From a virus (lineage: Duplodnaviria > Heunggongvirae > Uroviricota > Caudoviricetes): 17,345 nucleotides of DNA. This document shows, piece after piece, positions 6,743 to 14,847 of this stretch. Position 1 is the stretch's first letter, and each line of letters starts with the position of its first letter. The stretch covers positions 1 to 17,345 of the IMG/VR virus record IMGVR_UViG_2690316028_000014; one strand, 5' to 3'. A program made the translations under genes and the position numbers. The notes below the pieces were generated by a model. That model made no database searches, was not told where the DNA came from, and saw nothing but the letters and a program-made list of their open reading frames with translations.

Positions 6743-7287
6743 AAGTCCATCGAAACGAAACATCGACAGCTGAGCGAAGTTAGCCAGCGGCGGACAGCAA
6801 GTCGCCTGCTTCTTTAACAAATCAGACTGAGTGACAGGCAAGCCGTAGCTCTCCTGGCAAAAAGAAATGGCACCCGATGGGATCGAGGTAAGCACTGAGT
6901 CCGTATGCGTACGGTAGGTGTAGAGGACCACGCTGCGATGAGCTGATAAGTCACTCAATTTGAAGCGCTCCGATGATGGGGCGCTGATTCAACTTAGAGG
7001 AGTGATTCCAATGAAGAACTAAAGCGGACAGACCGCAGCCTAAAGGCAATGCAGCAGTAATGATGCCGCCCTGAGTCGCCGAATGGCGAGCCTGTGTAGT
7101 GATGGGTCAAGGTTCTTATATCAAAACAAGCTCCGGTAAAGCAGCGCGAACGCCAGACGCGCACCGGTTATGAGCGGCGATGAGCGACAAGGTCTCAAGG
7201 GCATGTGCGCGGCCACTGCGAGAGTGTGGCGAAGTTTACCAGCAGCTCTTTGCGAGGGGCTGACGGTAAACAAAAAGAGGAGTGTGT

Positions 7288-7629
7288 ATGGCAGATAAAA
7301 AAACGGCGCCACTACTGCTTAACGTAGACGCCAGCGAGGTACTTACTCAGACCGGGGAGCTTTTAAAGTTACTTGAACTTCCAGCCAGTTCCTTTCAGGG
7401 AATTCCTGAGCATGTCGTCGATCTGTTTTTTGACCGTGTCCGTGGCCTGATTGACAACATCGTCCTTAGTGATTTCTCGACCACAGTCAGCACAACTGAC
7501 GCCGGTGAAATTTGTCTCAAAGTCAAAATCATCGGGCTGGTTGAACATCTCACTTCCGCAGTCAGGGCACACGGTCCGCATGGTTTGCATGAATATATCC
7601 TTTCTACTGTTGGGGAGATTAAAGAGTAA
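7288..7629 (+). CDS. Hypothetical protein (113 aa), first ORF of the early-left operon; mutually exclusive with the antisense zinc-ribbon ORF
   Basis: Strong RBS GAGGAG 5 nt before the ATG at 7288; on the strand transcribed from the pL-like promoter; Leu codons mostly CTT/TTA, so it could be a shadow of the minus-strand ORF. Confidence 0.35.
   Translation: MADKKTAPLLLNVDASEVLTQTGELLKLLELPASSFQGIPEHVVDLFFDRVRGLIDNIVLSDFSTTVSTTDAGEICLKVKIIGLVEHLTSAVRAHGPHGLHEYILSTVGEIKE
7369..7590 (-). CDS. Candidate zinc-ribbon protein (73 aa), antisense to the 7288-7629 ORF
   Basis: CPDCG-(19 aa)-CADCG four-Cys motif; RBS AAAGGA 7 nt before the ATG at 7588-7590; host-preferred codons; the Arg-rich N-terminal extension in the track (to 7821) is rejected. 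Confidence 0.35.
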   Translation of the reverse strand: MQTMRTVCPDCGSEMFNQPDDFDFETNFTGVSCADCGREITKDDVVNQATDTVKKQIDDMLRNSLKGTGWKFK

Positions 7630-7848
7630 GCGATTTCTTGCTGTTGGGGAATAGCGGGAAAGCGCGCGCCGGGCGCGGATAAATACCCCGGCACTAACTG
7701 GAATGTTTTGGGCTGGCAGACGGTTATCAGCTAGTTGGTGAGGTAATGGCTCACCAAGGCGACGACGGCCTTCCCTGCTGCTTGAAAGCGGGGAGCCAGC
7801 ACCAAAACATTTCTCCCGCATCAGCGGGTAACGACAGAGGGTAAGGGT

Positions 7849-8094
7849 ATGTCAGATAAGCAGGTTCAACTGTCTGGTAAATGCGTCTTGAAGATAGACA
7901 CCATCAAAGGCAGCAGCACTATCGAAATACCAAAAGTGAATCTCAGCGGCAAAAACAATGCAGACGCTTTGCTTAATGAAGTGTTCCATTTTGGAGTAAT
8001 GCGTCACGGGAAAAACAAGCTTCGCGAAATGCTTGAAGAGAAGCTTGATGGCTACGGGGAAGAGTACGAAAACCATGGCCTCACTTACGACTGA
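7849..8094 (+). CDS. Hypothetical early protein (81 aa, acidic C-terminus)
   Basis: RBS AGAGGGTAAGGG before the ATG; immediately followed by an intrinsic terminator. Confidence 0.6.
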   Translation: MSDKQVQLSGKCVLKIDTIKGSSTIEIPKVNLSGKNNADALLNEVFHFGVMRHGKNKLREMLEEKLDGYGEEYENHGLTYD

Positions 8095-8115
8095 CCCGCT
8101 CCGGCGGGTTTTTTA
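8095..8115 (+). terminator. Rho-independent terminator (tL1-like)
   Basis: CCCGC-tccg-GCGGG hairpin followed by TTTTTT; a second hairpin GGCAGA-N8-TCTGCC follows at 8129-8148. Confidence 0.7.
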
Positions 8116-8255
8116 TCGGCCATACATAGGCAGATTTTCGAGTCTGCCCATTTATGACAACCGGCGGCCATCCACCGCCCATTGAAACACTGAATAAATG
8201 CGTTGAAGTCTTGTATTAACCGTTCCGTTCGCCGCGATAAGGCCAAGAGGAAATC

Positions 8256-8384
8256 ATGGTAAACCAGCAGCAGATCAGAGAGGCCCAACGGCTCGCGTCG
8301 TTCGCGGTGCTCCATCGCAATGCTCCGGCGTGGGAAGAAGCAATACGCCTTTACGCCGTCGCCATCGGGAGGACTCTTCACTGA
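8256..8384 (+). CDS. Small ORF (42 aa), translationally coupled to the downstream gene
   Basis: ATG at 8256 with GAGGAA just upstream; stop TGA overlaps the next ATG (TGATG at 8382-8386); MVNQQQIREAQRLASFAVLHRNAPAWEEAIRLYAVAIGRTLH. Confidence 0.3.
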   Translation: MVNQQQIREAQRLASFAVLHRNAPAWEEAIRLYAVAIGRTLH

Positions 8385-8581
8385 TGGAAACTTTATTCGC
8401 ACTCGTCCTGACCGTGGCAATGACCAACGGTGATTATCAGGATGTCATTCTCGGCGTTTACGACAGCCAGCAGGAATGCAGCCTGGCAGCTACAGAGCAG
8501 AAAGTGTCAGCTGAGTGCTGGCCGGTAGAAAGCATCATCCGCAACGGCGAGTTCCCGGCGAAATCCATCGCGCAGCAGTAA
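8384..8581 (+). CDS. Hypothetical small protein (65 aa; hydrophobic N-terminus, acidic)
   Basis: Track ORF 8330..8581 trimmed to the ATG at 8384; METLFALVLTVAMTNGDYQ...; occupies the position lambda uses for kil/cIII-type genes. Confidence 0.5.
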   Translation: METLFALVLTVAMTNGDYQDVILGVYDSQQECSLAATEQKVSAECWPVESIIRNGEFPAKSIAQQ

Positions 8582-8651
8582 CCACCCTATTCAACCGATC
8601 GGCCTGGCTCAATGCGGGCGGGATCTGCACATCCAAATTTCAGGAGAAACC

Positions 8652-9620
8652 ATGAGCGAAGTAACGGATTTAGTCGTCATTGAGAAACAGAACGCAATGG
8701 CGGTGTTTACCAGTAAGGAACAGCTCGATCCGATTATCGAGGCCATCGAGAAAGAAGCTCGTACCCTGGTACCCGATCTGACTACGAAGAAAGGTCGCGA
8801 CGCGATCGCATCCATGGCGCATAAGGTTGCCCGCTCCAAAACCTATATCGACAACGCCGGCAAGGATCTGGTTGCCGAGCTTAAAGCCCTGCCGAAGCAG
8901 ATCGACGAAAGCCGCCGCATTGTGCGTGAGCGGCTGGACGCGCTGAAGGATGAAGTACGGCGCCCGCTCACAGAATGGGAAGCCGAGCAGGAACGCATTA
9001 AGGCTGAAGAAGCCATGAACGCGATGCACGCCGAAGCGCTGGAGATGAACATCAGGTTCGATCAGGAGCTGGCTGCCAAGTTCGAAGCGGACCACGAAAT
9101 GGCCCTGCTGATGAACAAGGATTTCGACCGTGACCGCGAAGAGCAGCGCCGCCTGGCGGAACAGGCTCAACGCGAGCACGAAGAGCGCATTAAGCAGGAA
9201 GCAGCTGACAAAGCCAAGCGCGAAGCCGAAGAGAGGCATAAAGCGGAATTGGATGCTGCAGCACGTCGCGAAGCTGATGAGAAAGCTCGCGCTGATGCCG
9301 CCGAGCGTAAGCGCAAAGAAGATGCTGACCGTGCAGAACGTGAGAAGCAGGACGCAATCGCAGAAGAAAAACGCAAAGCGCAGGAAGAAGCAGATCGCAT
9401 CAAGCGCGAAGCTGAAGCTAAAGAGAAAGCCCGTCTGGCCGAAGAGCAGCGCAAAGTTGAAGAAGAAGCGCGCCGCGCCGCAGACAAAGAGCACCGCCGC
9501 ACCGTCAACCGTCGCGTCATCGCCGACCTTATAGCTCAGGGCATCCCCGAAGAATTCGCGCAGAAAGCACTGCTGGCGATCGCTGGCGGCAAAGTGCAGG
9601 ACGCGCACATCAAATATTGA
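8652..9620 (+). CDS. Phage protein with conserved-looking N-domain and a long ER/K-rich charged helix (322 aa)
   Basis: RBS AGGAG; about 170 aa of E/R/K/A-rich sequence (KAEEAMNAMHAEALE...EEKRKAQEEADRIKREAEAKEKARLAEEQRKVEEEARR); the antisense track ORF 8670..9644 is a shadow. Confidence 0.8.
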   Translation: MSEVTDLVVIEKQNAMAVFTSKEQLDPIIEAIEKEARTLVPDLTTKKGRDAIASMAHKVARSKTYIDNAGKDLVAELKALPKQIDESRRIVRERLDALKDEVRRPLTEWEAEQERIKAEEAMNAMHAEALEMNIRFDQELAAKFEADHEMALLMNKDFDRDREEQRRLAEQAQREHEERIKQEAADKAKREAEERHKAELDAAARREADEKARADAAERKRKEDADRAEREKQDAIAEEKRKAQEEADRIKREAEAKEKARLAEEQRKVEEEARRAADKEHRRTVNRRVIADLIAQGIPEEFAQKALLAIAGGKVQDAHIKY

Positions 9621-9627
9621 GGCAACC

Positions 9628-9912
9628 ATGAACGCATACCTCACTTATGACCGCATCGAAGATCGGCGCTGGGCTGAACAGCAGCTCACCGACGAGAAAG
9701 AGAAGTGGATCGACGACCGGGCGCAACAAATCATCGACATGATGCCAAAAGAGCCGTCCGGCCTCTTCCACTTCTCCGTACCGATTGACGCCAGTCCATA
9801 CGAAGGACTTCGCAGCGATAAAGCTGGCGAGGCCTACAACGATTTCATTTCGGCAGTTGCTTACGCCCAGGCGGAATACGACTGGGAACACCGTACCGGC
9901 TGCCCATTTTAA
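9628..9912 (+). CDS. gam: Gam-like RecBCD inhibitor
   Basis: 94 aa; MNAYLTYDRIEDRRWAEQQLTDEKEK...LFHFSVPID parallels the lambda GamS N-terminus as recalled ([30 protein letters not shown]...LFESLCID); sits immediately upstream of bet. Confidence 0.8.
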   Translation: MNAYLTYDRIEDRRWAEQQLTDEKEKWIDDRAQQIIDMMPKEPSGLFHFSVPIDASPYEGLRSDKAGEAYNDFISAVAYAQAEYDWEHRTGCPF

Positions 9913-9930
9913 TTTTTGAGGGGATTAACG

Positions 9931-10776
9931 ATGGCAAACGAATTAACAATCACAGCGACGTCGCTTCAGGAGATAGGCGTCGACGTCTCCACCTGGAGCG
10001 CGCTGAAGAACAGCATCTATCCTGGCGCCAAAGACGAATCGGTAATGATGGCGCTTGACTACTGCCGCGCCCGCCATCTGGATCCGTTGCTCAAACCTGT
10101 CCACCTCGTTCCGATGTACGTCAAAGACTCGAAAACAGGTAAAGGCGAATGGCGCGACGTCGTCATGCCGGGCATCGGACTTTACCGCATTCAGGCAGAC
10201 CGCTCCGGCGATTATGCCGGGGCTCGCGAGCCCGAGTTCGGGCCCGACGTAACTCAGACGCTTACTGGTGTCGAGGTGACCTTCCCTCAGTGGTGCAAAT
10301 ACACCGTTTTCAAGCGCATGCCCAGCGGCGAGATCGTCGAGTTCAGCGCTAAAGAATACTGGATTGAAAACTACGCCACCGGCGGACGTGACACCACGGC
10401 GCCGAACGCGATGTGGAAAAAACGCCCGTATGGACAGCTGGCGAAATGCGCAGAAGCCCAGGCGTTGCGCAAGGCATGGCCTGAGATTGGACAGCAGCCT
10501 ACTGCAGAAGAAATGGAAGGCAAATCGCTGGACGTTGATATTCGTGACGTCACCCCGCGCAGCACCACAGAAGCGCTTCCACCAGCAGCAAGCGAAGAAA
10601 CACTTCAGGCGATCACCGATCTCTTAACATCGCTGAATAAAGACTGGGAGCAAGACTTCCTCCCAGTGTGCAGCGACATCTTCAAACGGCCAATTCTTGA
10701 GGCGTCAGACCTCACTGAAGAAGAGGCACAGAAAGGGTTCAACTTCCTTCAGAAAAAAGCTAAGGCGGCAGCATGA
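9931..10776 (+). CDS. bet: Bet/RecT-family single-strand annealing protein
   Basis: C-terminus [40 protein letters not shown] parallels the lambda Beta C-terminus as recalled; start set at the ATG at 9931 (RBS GAGGGGA) rather than the track TTG at 9916; followed by exo with ATGA overlap. Confidence 0.85.
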   Translation: MANELTITATSLQEIGVDVSTWSALKNSIYPGAKDESVMMALDYCRARHLDPLLKPVHLVPMYVKDSKTGKGEWRDVVMPGIGLYRIQADRSGDYAGAREPEFGPDVTQTLTGVEVTFPQWCKYTVFKRMPSGEIVEFSAKEYWIENYATGGRDTTAPNAMWKKRPYGQLAKCAEAQALRKAWPEIGQQPTAEEMEGKSLDVDIRDVTPRSTTEALPPAASEETLQAITDLLTSLNKDWEQDFLPVCSDIFKRPILEASDLTEEEAQKGFNFLQKKAKAAA

Positions 10777-11453
10777 CACCCGAAATTATCCTGGCCAGGA
10801 CCGGCATTGATGTGTCCACCGTAGAGCAAGGTGATGAAGCATGGGCCAAATTAAGGCTCGGAGTTATCACCGCCTCTGAAGTGCACAACGTAATATCCAA
10901 GCCGCGCTCCGGCACCAAATGGACGGGCATGAAGATGTCCTACTTCCACACCCTACTCGCCGAGGTATGCACCGGCGTCGCGCCAGAGGTTAACGCCAAG
11001 GCTCTGGCCTGGGGAAAGCAGTACGAGGAAGACGCCCGCACCCTCTTCGAGTTCACCACCGACGTGAAAGTCACGGAGTCTCCGATCCTGTTCCGTGACG
11101 AGAGCATGCGCACCGCGTGCTCCCCTGACGGCCTTTGCAGTAACAATTTCGGCCTCGAATTGAAATGTCCGTTCACCTCCCGCGACTTCATGAAATTCCG
11201 CCTCGGCGGTTTCGAAGCCATTAAGTCAGAGTACATGGCCCAGGTGCAGTACAGCATGTGGGTGACCGGGAAAGAAGCCTGGTTCTTTGCCAACTACGAC
11301 CCGCGCATGAAACGCGAAGGTATTCACCACGTCGTCGTTGAGCGGGATCCGCAGTACATGACCGATTTCAACGAAATGGTGCCGGAGTTCATTGAGAAGA
11401 TGGACGAGGCGCTGGCGGAAATCGGCTTCACGTTCGGGGAGCAGTGGAAATGA
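10773..11453 (+). CDS. exo: YqaJ/lambda-Exo-like recombination exonuclease
   Basis: 226 aa, called by its position as the partner immediately downstream of bet, with ATGA translational coupling at both ends; family assigned from this context and general sequence character, not from verified motifs. Confidence 0.8.
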   Translation: MTPEIILARTGIDVSTVEQGDEAWAKLRLGVITASEVHNVISKPRSGTKWTGMKMSYFHTLLAEVCTGVAPEVNAKALAWGKQYEEDARTLFEFTTDVKVTESPILFRDESMRTACSPDGLCSNNFGLELKCPFTSRDFMKFRLGGFEAIKSEYMAQVQYSMWVTGKEAWFFANYDPRMKREGIHHVVVERDPQYMTDFNEMVPEFIEKMDEALAEIGFTFGEQWK

Positions 11454-11878
11454 AACGCGCACCCTTTTACCGCAGGCCAGGGCGAACCTGGCAATTCTCT
11501 GGCCTCCGTGAGCGCGTTATCTGGATGATTCAGACGCGAGGCCGCCCGGTAACCGGTAGCGAAATCGCTGAGAAGTTTGGCGTAACCCTGATCGAGTTTA
11601 ACCGGGTCGCCAACGGCATCACCCGCGGCTCCGGACAGATAGCTCAGATCGTTGAGTCGGAAAAATGGCTCAACGAGGACGGCATCTGCGACCGGACATT
11701 TGACCTGGTAACGAAGCCAAAGGTCATTACACCGCAGGGAAAATCACGGCTATTCACCCGGCGCGCCATTGAGCAGTCGCAGGAAGGCAGACGGCAGGAA
11801 TGCATTGAACGTGCAGCACGCCGTCGCCGCCTGATTGCTCAGGGCCTCTACATCGACGAAATGGAGTCCATCCTATGA
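11450..11878 (+). CDS. Hypothetical protein (142 aa)
   Basis: ATG at 11450 overlaps the exo stop; in-frame GTG at 11444 is the track start; possible HTH-like segment ([22 protein letters not shown]). Confidence 0.6.
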   Translation: MKRAPFYRRPGRTWQFSGLRERVIWMIQTRGRPVTGSEIAEKFGVTLIEFNRVANGITRGSGQIAQIVESEKWLNEDGICDRTFDLVTKPKVITPQGKSRLFTRRAIEQSQEGRRQECIERAARRRRLIAQGLYIDEMESIL

Positions 11879-12027
11879 CTCACGCTCACGACGACATCAG
11901 GGTAGGCACATTGTGCCTTCCCTTCATTGGTCACGGCTGGCTAATGCCATGGGGTGAAGTGGTCAGCAATCCATTAAAGGCGCAGCGGCTCGCTGAGGAA
12001 TATCGGGAAAGGCAGGAGGCGGCATGA
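11875..12027 (+). CDS. Small ORF (50 aa) coupled at both ends (ATGA/ATGA)
   Basis: ATG at 11875 overlaps the upstream stop and its own stop overlaps the methyltransferase ATG at 12024; GGAG 8 nt upstream; [50 protein letters not shown]. Confidence 0.35.
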   Translation: MTHAHDDIRVGTLCLPFIGHGWLMPWGEVVSNPLKAQRLAEEYRERQEAA

Positions 12028-14216
12028 AATACGGAAGCGTGTGCAGCGGCATAGAAGCTGCCAGTAAAGCGTGGGAACCTCTCGGCTGGAAACCTGCCTG
12101 GTTCTCTGAAATCGAACCATTCCCCTCAGCCGTCCTCGCCCATCACTGGCCGGAAGTAACCAACCTCGGCGACATGACCAAAATCGCCGATGCGGTCCGC
12201 GCTGGTGATGTCGAAGCGCCTGATGTTCTGGTCGGTGGTACGCCCTGCCAGGCATTCAGCATCGCCGGCTTACGCGAAGGCCTGTCTGACGACCGCGGGC
12301 AATTAACTCTTTCTTACGTGGAATTAGCCAATGCAATCGACACAAAGCGCCGCGAACTCGGTGAACCAGAATCAATCATCGTCTGGGAAAACGTCCCCGG
12401 CGTGCTCAGCAGCAAAGACAATGCCTTCGGGTGCTTTCTGGCAGGGCTTGCCGGAGAAAGCAGTGAGTTGCAGCCAGCAGGGGGAAAATGGACGCACGCA
12501 GGTTGTGTGTCTGGACCAGAAAGGGTTATCGCCTGGCGCGTCCTTGATGCTCAATTTTTCGGAGTGGCCCAACGACGCCGACGTGTGTTCGTTGTCGCAA
12601 GTGCTCGAAAAGGATTCGATCCCGCAGCGGTACTTTTTGAGTTCGACAGCGTGCGCCGGGATTCTGCGCCGCGCCGAGAAACGCAAAAGGCTGTTGCCGC
12701 CCTTACTGCACGAGGCGTTGGAACGTGTGGCGCAGACGACAACCAGGCACAAGCTGGACATCTGATTGCTTTTGGCGGTGGCAATACTACCGGCCATATT
12801 GATGTGGCGACCGCCTGCACCGCGCATGGGATCAGATTGGATTTTGATACTGAGACTTTCGCAGTGCACGGCACGCAGGATCCAGATACCAATTGCGAAC
12901 TGGCGCATACACTTGGGCGAAACAACGGACAAGAAAACGCCTGCATCGCATTTAGCTACAAAGATAATGGCGCTGATGCGACGTCGGATTTATCGCCAAC
13001 GATTCGCGCAGGAAACCACGATAAAAGCCATGCCAATAGCGGCCAGCCGCCAGCTATAGCGTATGCATTCAAGGCCGGACAGGGTGCTAAAGCGGGTGGC
13101 ATTGGTTACGCGGAAGAGCAATCACCGACATTAACCAGCGCCAGCAGCGGAACCAATCTTGCACCAGCGGTAATGCATGGCGTGGCAGTTCGACGACTTA
13201 CGCCAATTGAGTGCGAGCGGCTTCAGGGCTTTCCTGATAGTCACACTCTGATCGGCTGGCGCGGGAAGGACGCTGATGAATGCCCGGACGGGCCACGTTA
13301 TAAAGCTATCGGCAATAGCATGGCAGTACCGGTTATGCGTTGGATTGGTGAGCGCATCGCCGCTGCGCTTCCAGTCGAAGAGCCTGCACCGCGCAACTGG
13401 CAGCGCCCGTTCCTTAAATGGGCTGGCGGCAAATATTCGCTGCTGCCGGAACTGGATCGCCTGATCCCCGCAGGGAAACGCCTTATTGAGCCTTTTGTGG
13501 GTGGCGGCTCGGTGTTCCTTAACTCAGACAAGCACGAACGCTTTCTTCTGGCTGACGTCAACGCTGACCTGATTAACCTGTATCAGATGCTGGCGGTGGT
13601 CCCAGACTCGGTGATCTATGAAGCAATGAAGGCGTTCAGGCATCTGAATGATGCCGAAAACTACACGGAAATTCGTGAAGCATTCAACGCGCAGCGGCTG
13701 GATGCGGTTGAGCGCGCAGCAGCATTCCTTTACCTCAACCGGCACTGCTTCAACGGCCTGATCCGTTACAACCTGGACGGTTTTTTTAACGTCGGCTTTG
13801 GGAAATATAAAGCGCCATATTTCCCGGAAGAAGAGATCAGGGCATTTAAGCGGAAGGCTCACTCATGCGTATTCATGAATGCAGGCTTCAGGCGCACGCT
13901 CGCACTGGCTGGTGATGGTGACGTCATTTACTGCGATCCGCCCTATGAACCGCTTCCCGGCACCGCTGGTTTCACTAACTACGCGGCTGGTGGGTTCTCA
14001 TGGGATAGCCAGGTAGAGCTTGCGGAAAGCTGTGTGGCAGCCCACCAGCGGGGGGCAAAAGTGGTAATCAGCAATTCTACCGCACCGCGCGTAATTGAAC
14101 TTTACAAACAGCACGGCTTCACTCTGCACCGCGTAAGTGCTCGCCGCGCTATATCCAGCAAAGGCAGCACCCGCGAAACAGCGAGTGATGTCGTAGCCAC
14201 TTTGGGAGTGCAGTGA
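12024..14216 (+). CDS. Fused DNA methyltransferase: N-terminal C5-cytosine MTase (Dcm-type) plus C-terminal Dam-like N6-adenine MTase
   Basis: C5-MTase motifs SGIEAAS (I), GGTPCQAFS (IV), VWENVPG (VI), QRRRVFVVA (VIII), RRLTPIECERLQGFPD (IX), GNSMAVPV (X) within about aa 1-450; then KWAGGKYSLLP, EPFVGGGSVF and DPPY in about aa 455-730; single uninterrupted 730-codon frame with RBS AGGAGG. Confidence 0.85.
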   Translation: MKYGSVCSGIEAASKAWEPLGWKPAWFSEIEPFPSAVLAHHWPEVTNLGDMTKIADAVRAGDVEAPDVLVGGTPCQAFSIAGLREGLSDDRGQLTLSYVELANAIDTKRRELGEPESIIVWENVPGVLSSKDNAFGCFLAGLAGESSELQPAGGKWTHAGCVSGPERVIAWRVLDAQFFGVAQRRRRVFVVASARKGFDPAAVLFEFDSVRRDSAPRRETQKAVAALTARGVGTCGADDNQAQAGHLIAFGGGNTTGHIDVATACTAHGIRLDFDTETFAVHGTQDPDTNCELAHTLGRNNGQENACIAFSYKDNGADATSDLSPTIRAGNHDKSHANSGQPPAIAYAFKAGQGAKAGGIGYAEEQSPTLTSASSGTNLAPAVMHGVAVRRLTPIECERLQGFPDSHTLIGWRGKDADECPDGPRYKAIGNSMAVPVMRWIGERIAAALPVEEPAPRNWQRPFLKWAGGKYSLLPELDRLIPAGKRLIEPFVGGGSVFLNSDKHERFLLADVNADLINLYQMLAVVPDSVIYEAMKAFRHLNDAENYTEIREAFNAQRLDAVERAAAFLYLNRHCFNGLIRYNLDGFFNVGFGKYKAPYFPEEEIRAFKRKAHSCVFMNAGFRRTLALAGDGDVIYCDPPYEPLPGTAGFTNYAAGGFSWDSQVELAESCVAAHQRGAKVVISNSTAPRVIELYKQHGFTLHRVSARRAISSKGSTRETASDVVATLGVQ

Positions 14217-14458
14217 TGATGAAGCTGATTAATCGCAGTAAGCAATCACCTATTGGTCGCCGCGCTTGCGATGTTGCGCTGGCGGCGCACCACGCAAAAT
14301 ATGGCGATTACGGCAGGCAGAAGCACCAGACAAATTACACCGTTGAGGTGGATGGCATGAAGGTCACCGTCGAAGTCGTCAACCGGGCCACCAGCTATGT
14401 CGCCACAGCAATGATCGGCGTTCGTAAACTTCGAAACCTGCCAGCACAGGCACACTGA
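14216..14458 (+). CDS. Hypothetical protein (80 aa)
   Basis: ATG at 14216 overlaps the methyltransferase stop (TGATG); GGGAG 8 nt upstream; track start at 14213 is an in-frame GTG. Confidence 0.55.
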   Translation: MMKLINRSKQSPIGRRACDVALAAHHAKYGDYGRQKHQTNYTVEVDGMKVTVEVVNRATSYVATAMIGVRKLRNLPAQAH

Positions 14459-14499
14459 ATAACAATGACGGCCCCGACTGGGGCCACTGGAGAACATCG

Positions 14500-14847
14500 A
14501 TGGACGAAGAAGTATTTACCAGAGATGAGGCCGCCGCCTTCCTTAAAGTGGATAAAGGCACGATTGCCCAGTGGATAAAGTCCGGTCGCCTGGCTGCTAC
14601 CCGAAAAAATCCACATAAGAAAAAAAGCCCATACCTGATCTGCAAAACAGACTGTATTGCGGCAGTGAAGAACCCGATCCACAATCAACCTGTGAATGCG
14701 GTTGATGTGCAGGAGGATAAAGCATGTCAATCAAACAACGTGCCGGTACGTGGCACTGCGACTTCGTTACGCCTGGTGGAAGTCGAATTAGACGGTCTCT
14801 TGGGACAACGGACAAAAGGCAAGCGCAGGAGCTCTATGATCAGCTGA
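14500..14847 (+). CDS. xis: Excisionase (Xis/AlpA-type HTH)
   Basis: N-terminal [26 protein letters not shown] matches the excisionase-family HTH; directly upstream of int, overlapping its start by 124 nt in another frame. Confidence 0.6.
   Translation: MDEEVFTRDEAAAFLKVDKGTIAQWIKSGRLAATRKNPHKKKSPYLICKTDCIAAVKNPIHNQPVNAVDVQEDKACQSNNVPVRGTATSLRLVEVELDGLLGQRTKGKRRSSMIS

Noticed and set aside
6398-6958. 186-aa extended version of the minus-strand ORF
   Set aside because: The N-terminal 118 codons run through the AT-rich operator/promoter DNA with low-complexity, Cys/Phe-rich translation; the internal ATG at 6604 with a strong RBS gives a plausible 68-aa gene instead.
6743-7287. Search for an N-type antiterminator gene or a boxB hairpin next to the boxA-like motif
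   Set aside because: No ORF with an arginine-rich N-terminus in any frame; only a weak 3-bp CTG-agtga-CAG hairpin follows the boxA-like sequence, so no nut site or N gene is claimed.
7591-7821. Arg-rich N-terminal extension of the zinc-ribbon ORF (track 7369..7821), briefly considered as an N-like arginine-rich motif
   Set aside because: It is on the strand opposite to pL transcription, has no start context, and the Arg-rich stretch comes from GC-rich palindromic DNA (GCGCGCCGGGCGCG); the ORF was trimmed to 7369..7590.
8670-9644. 324-aa minus-strand ORF exactly antisense to the 322-aa coiled-coil gene (and nested ORFs 8843..9052, 9130..9534, 9167..9520)
   Set aside because: Mirror-image low-complexity translation (F/L/S/A-rich) of the ER/K-rich sense gene; no RBS; the plus-strand gene has the RBS and operon context.
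12331-13862. ORFs on both strands nested inside the methyltransferase gene (12331..12765, 12372..12932, 12551..12946, 12766..13059, 13298..13561, 13524..13862)
   Set aside because: They lie within a gene carrying a continuous conserved motif series; none has start context or a recognisable domain.
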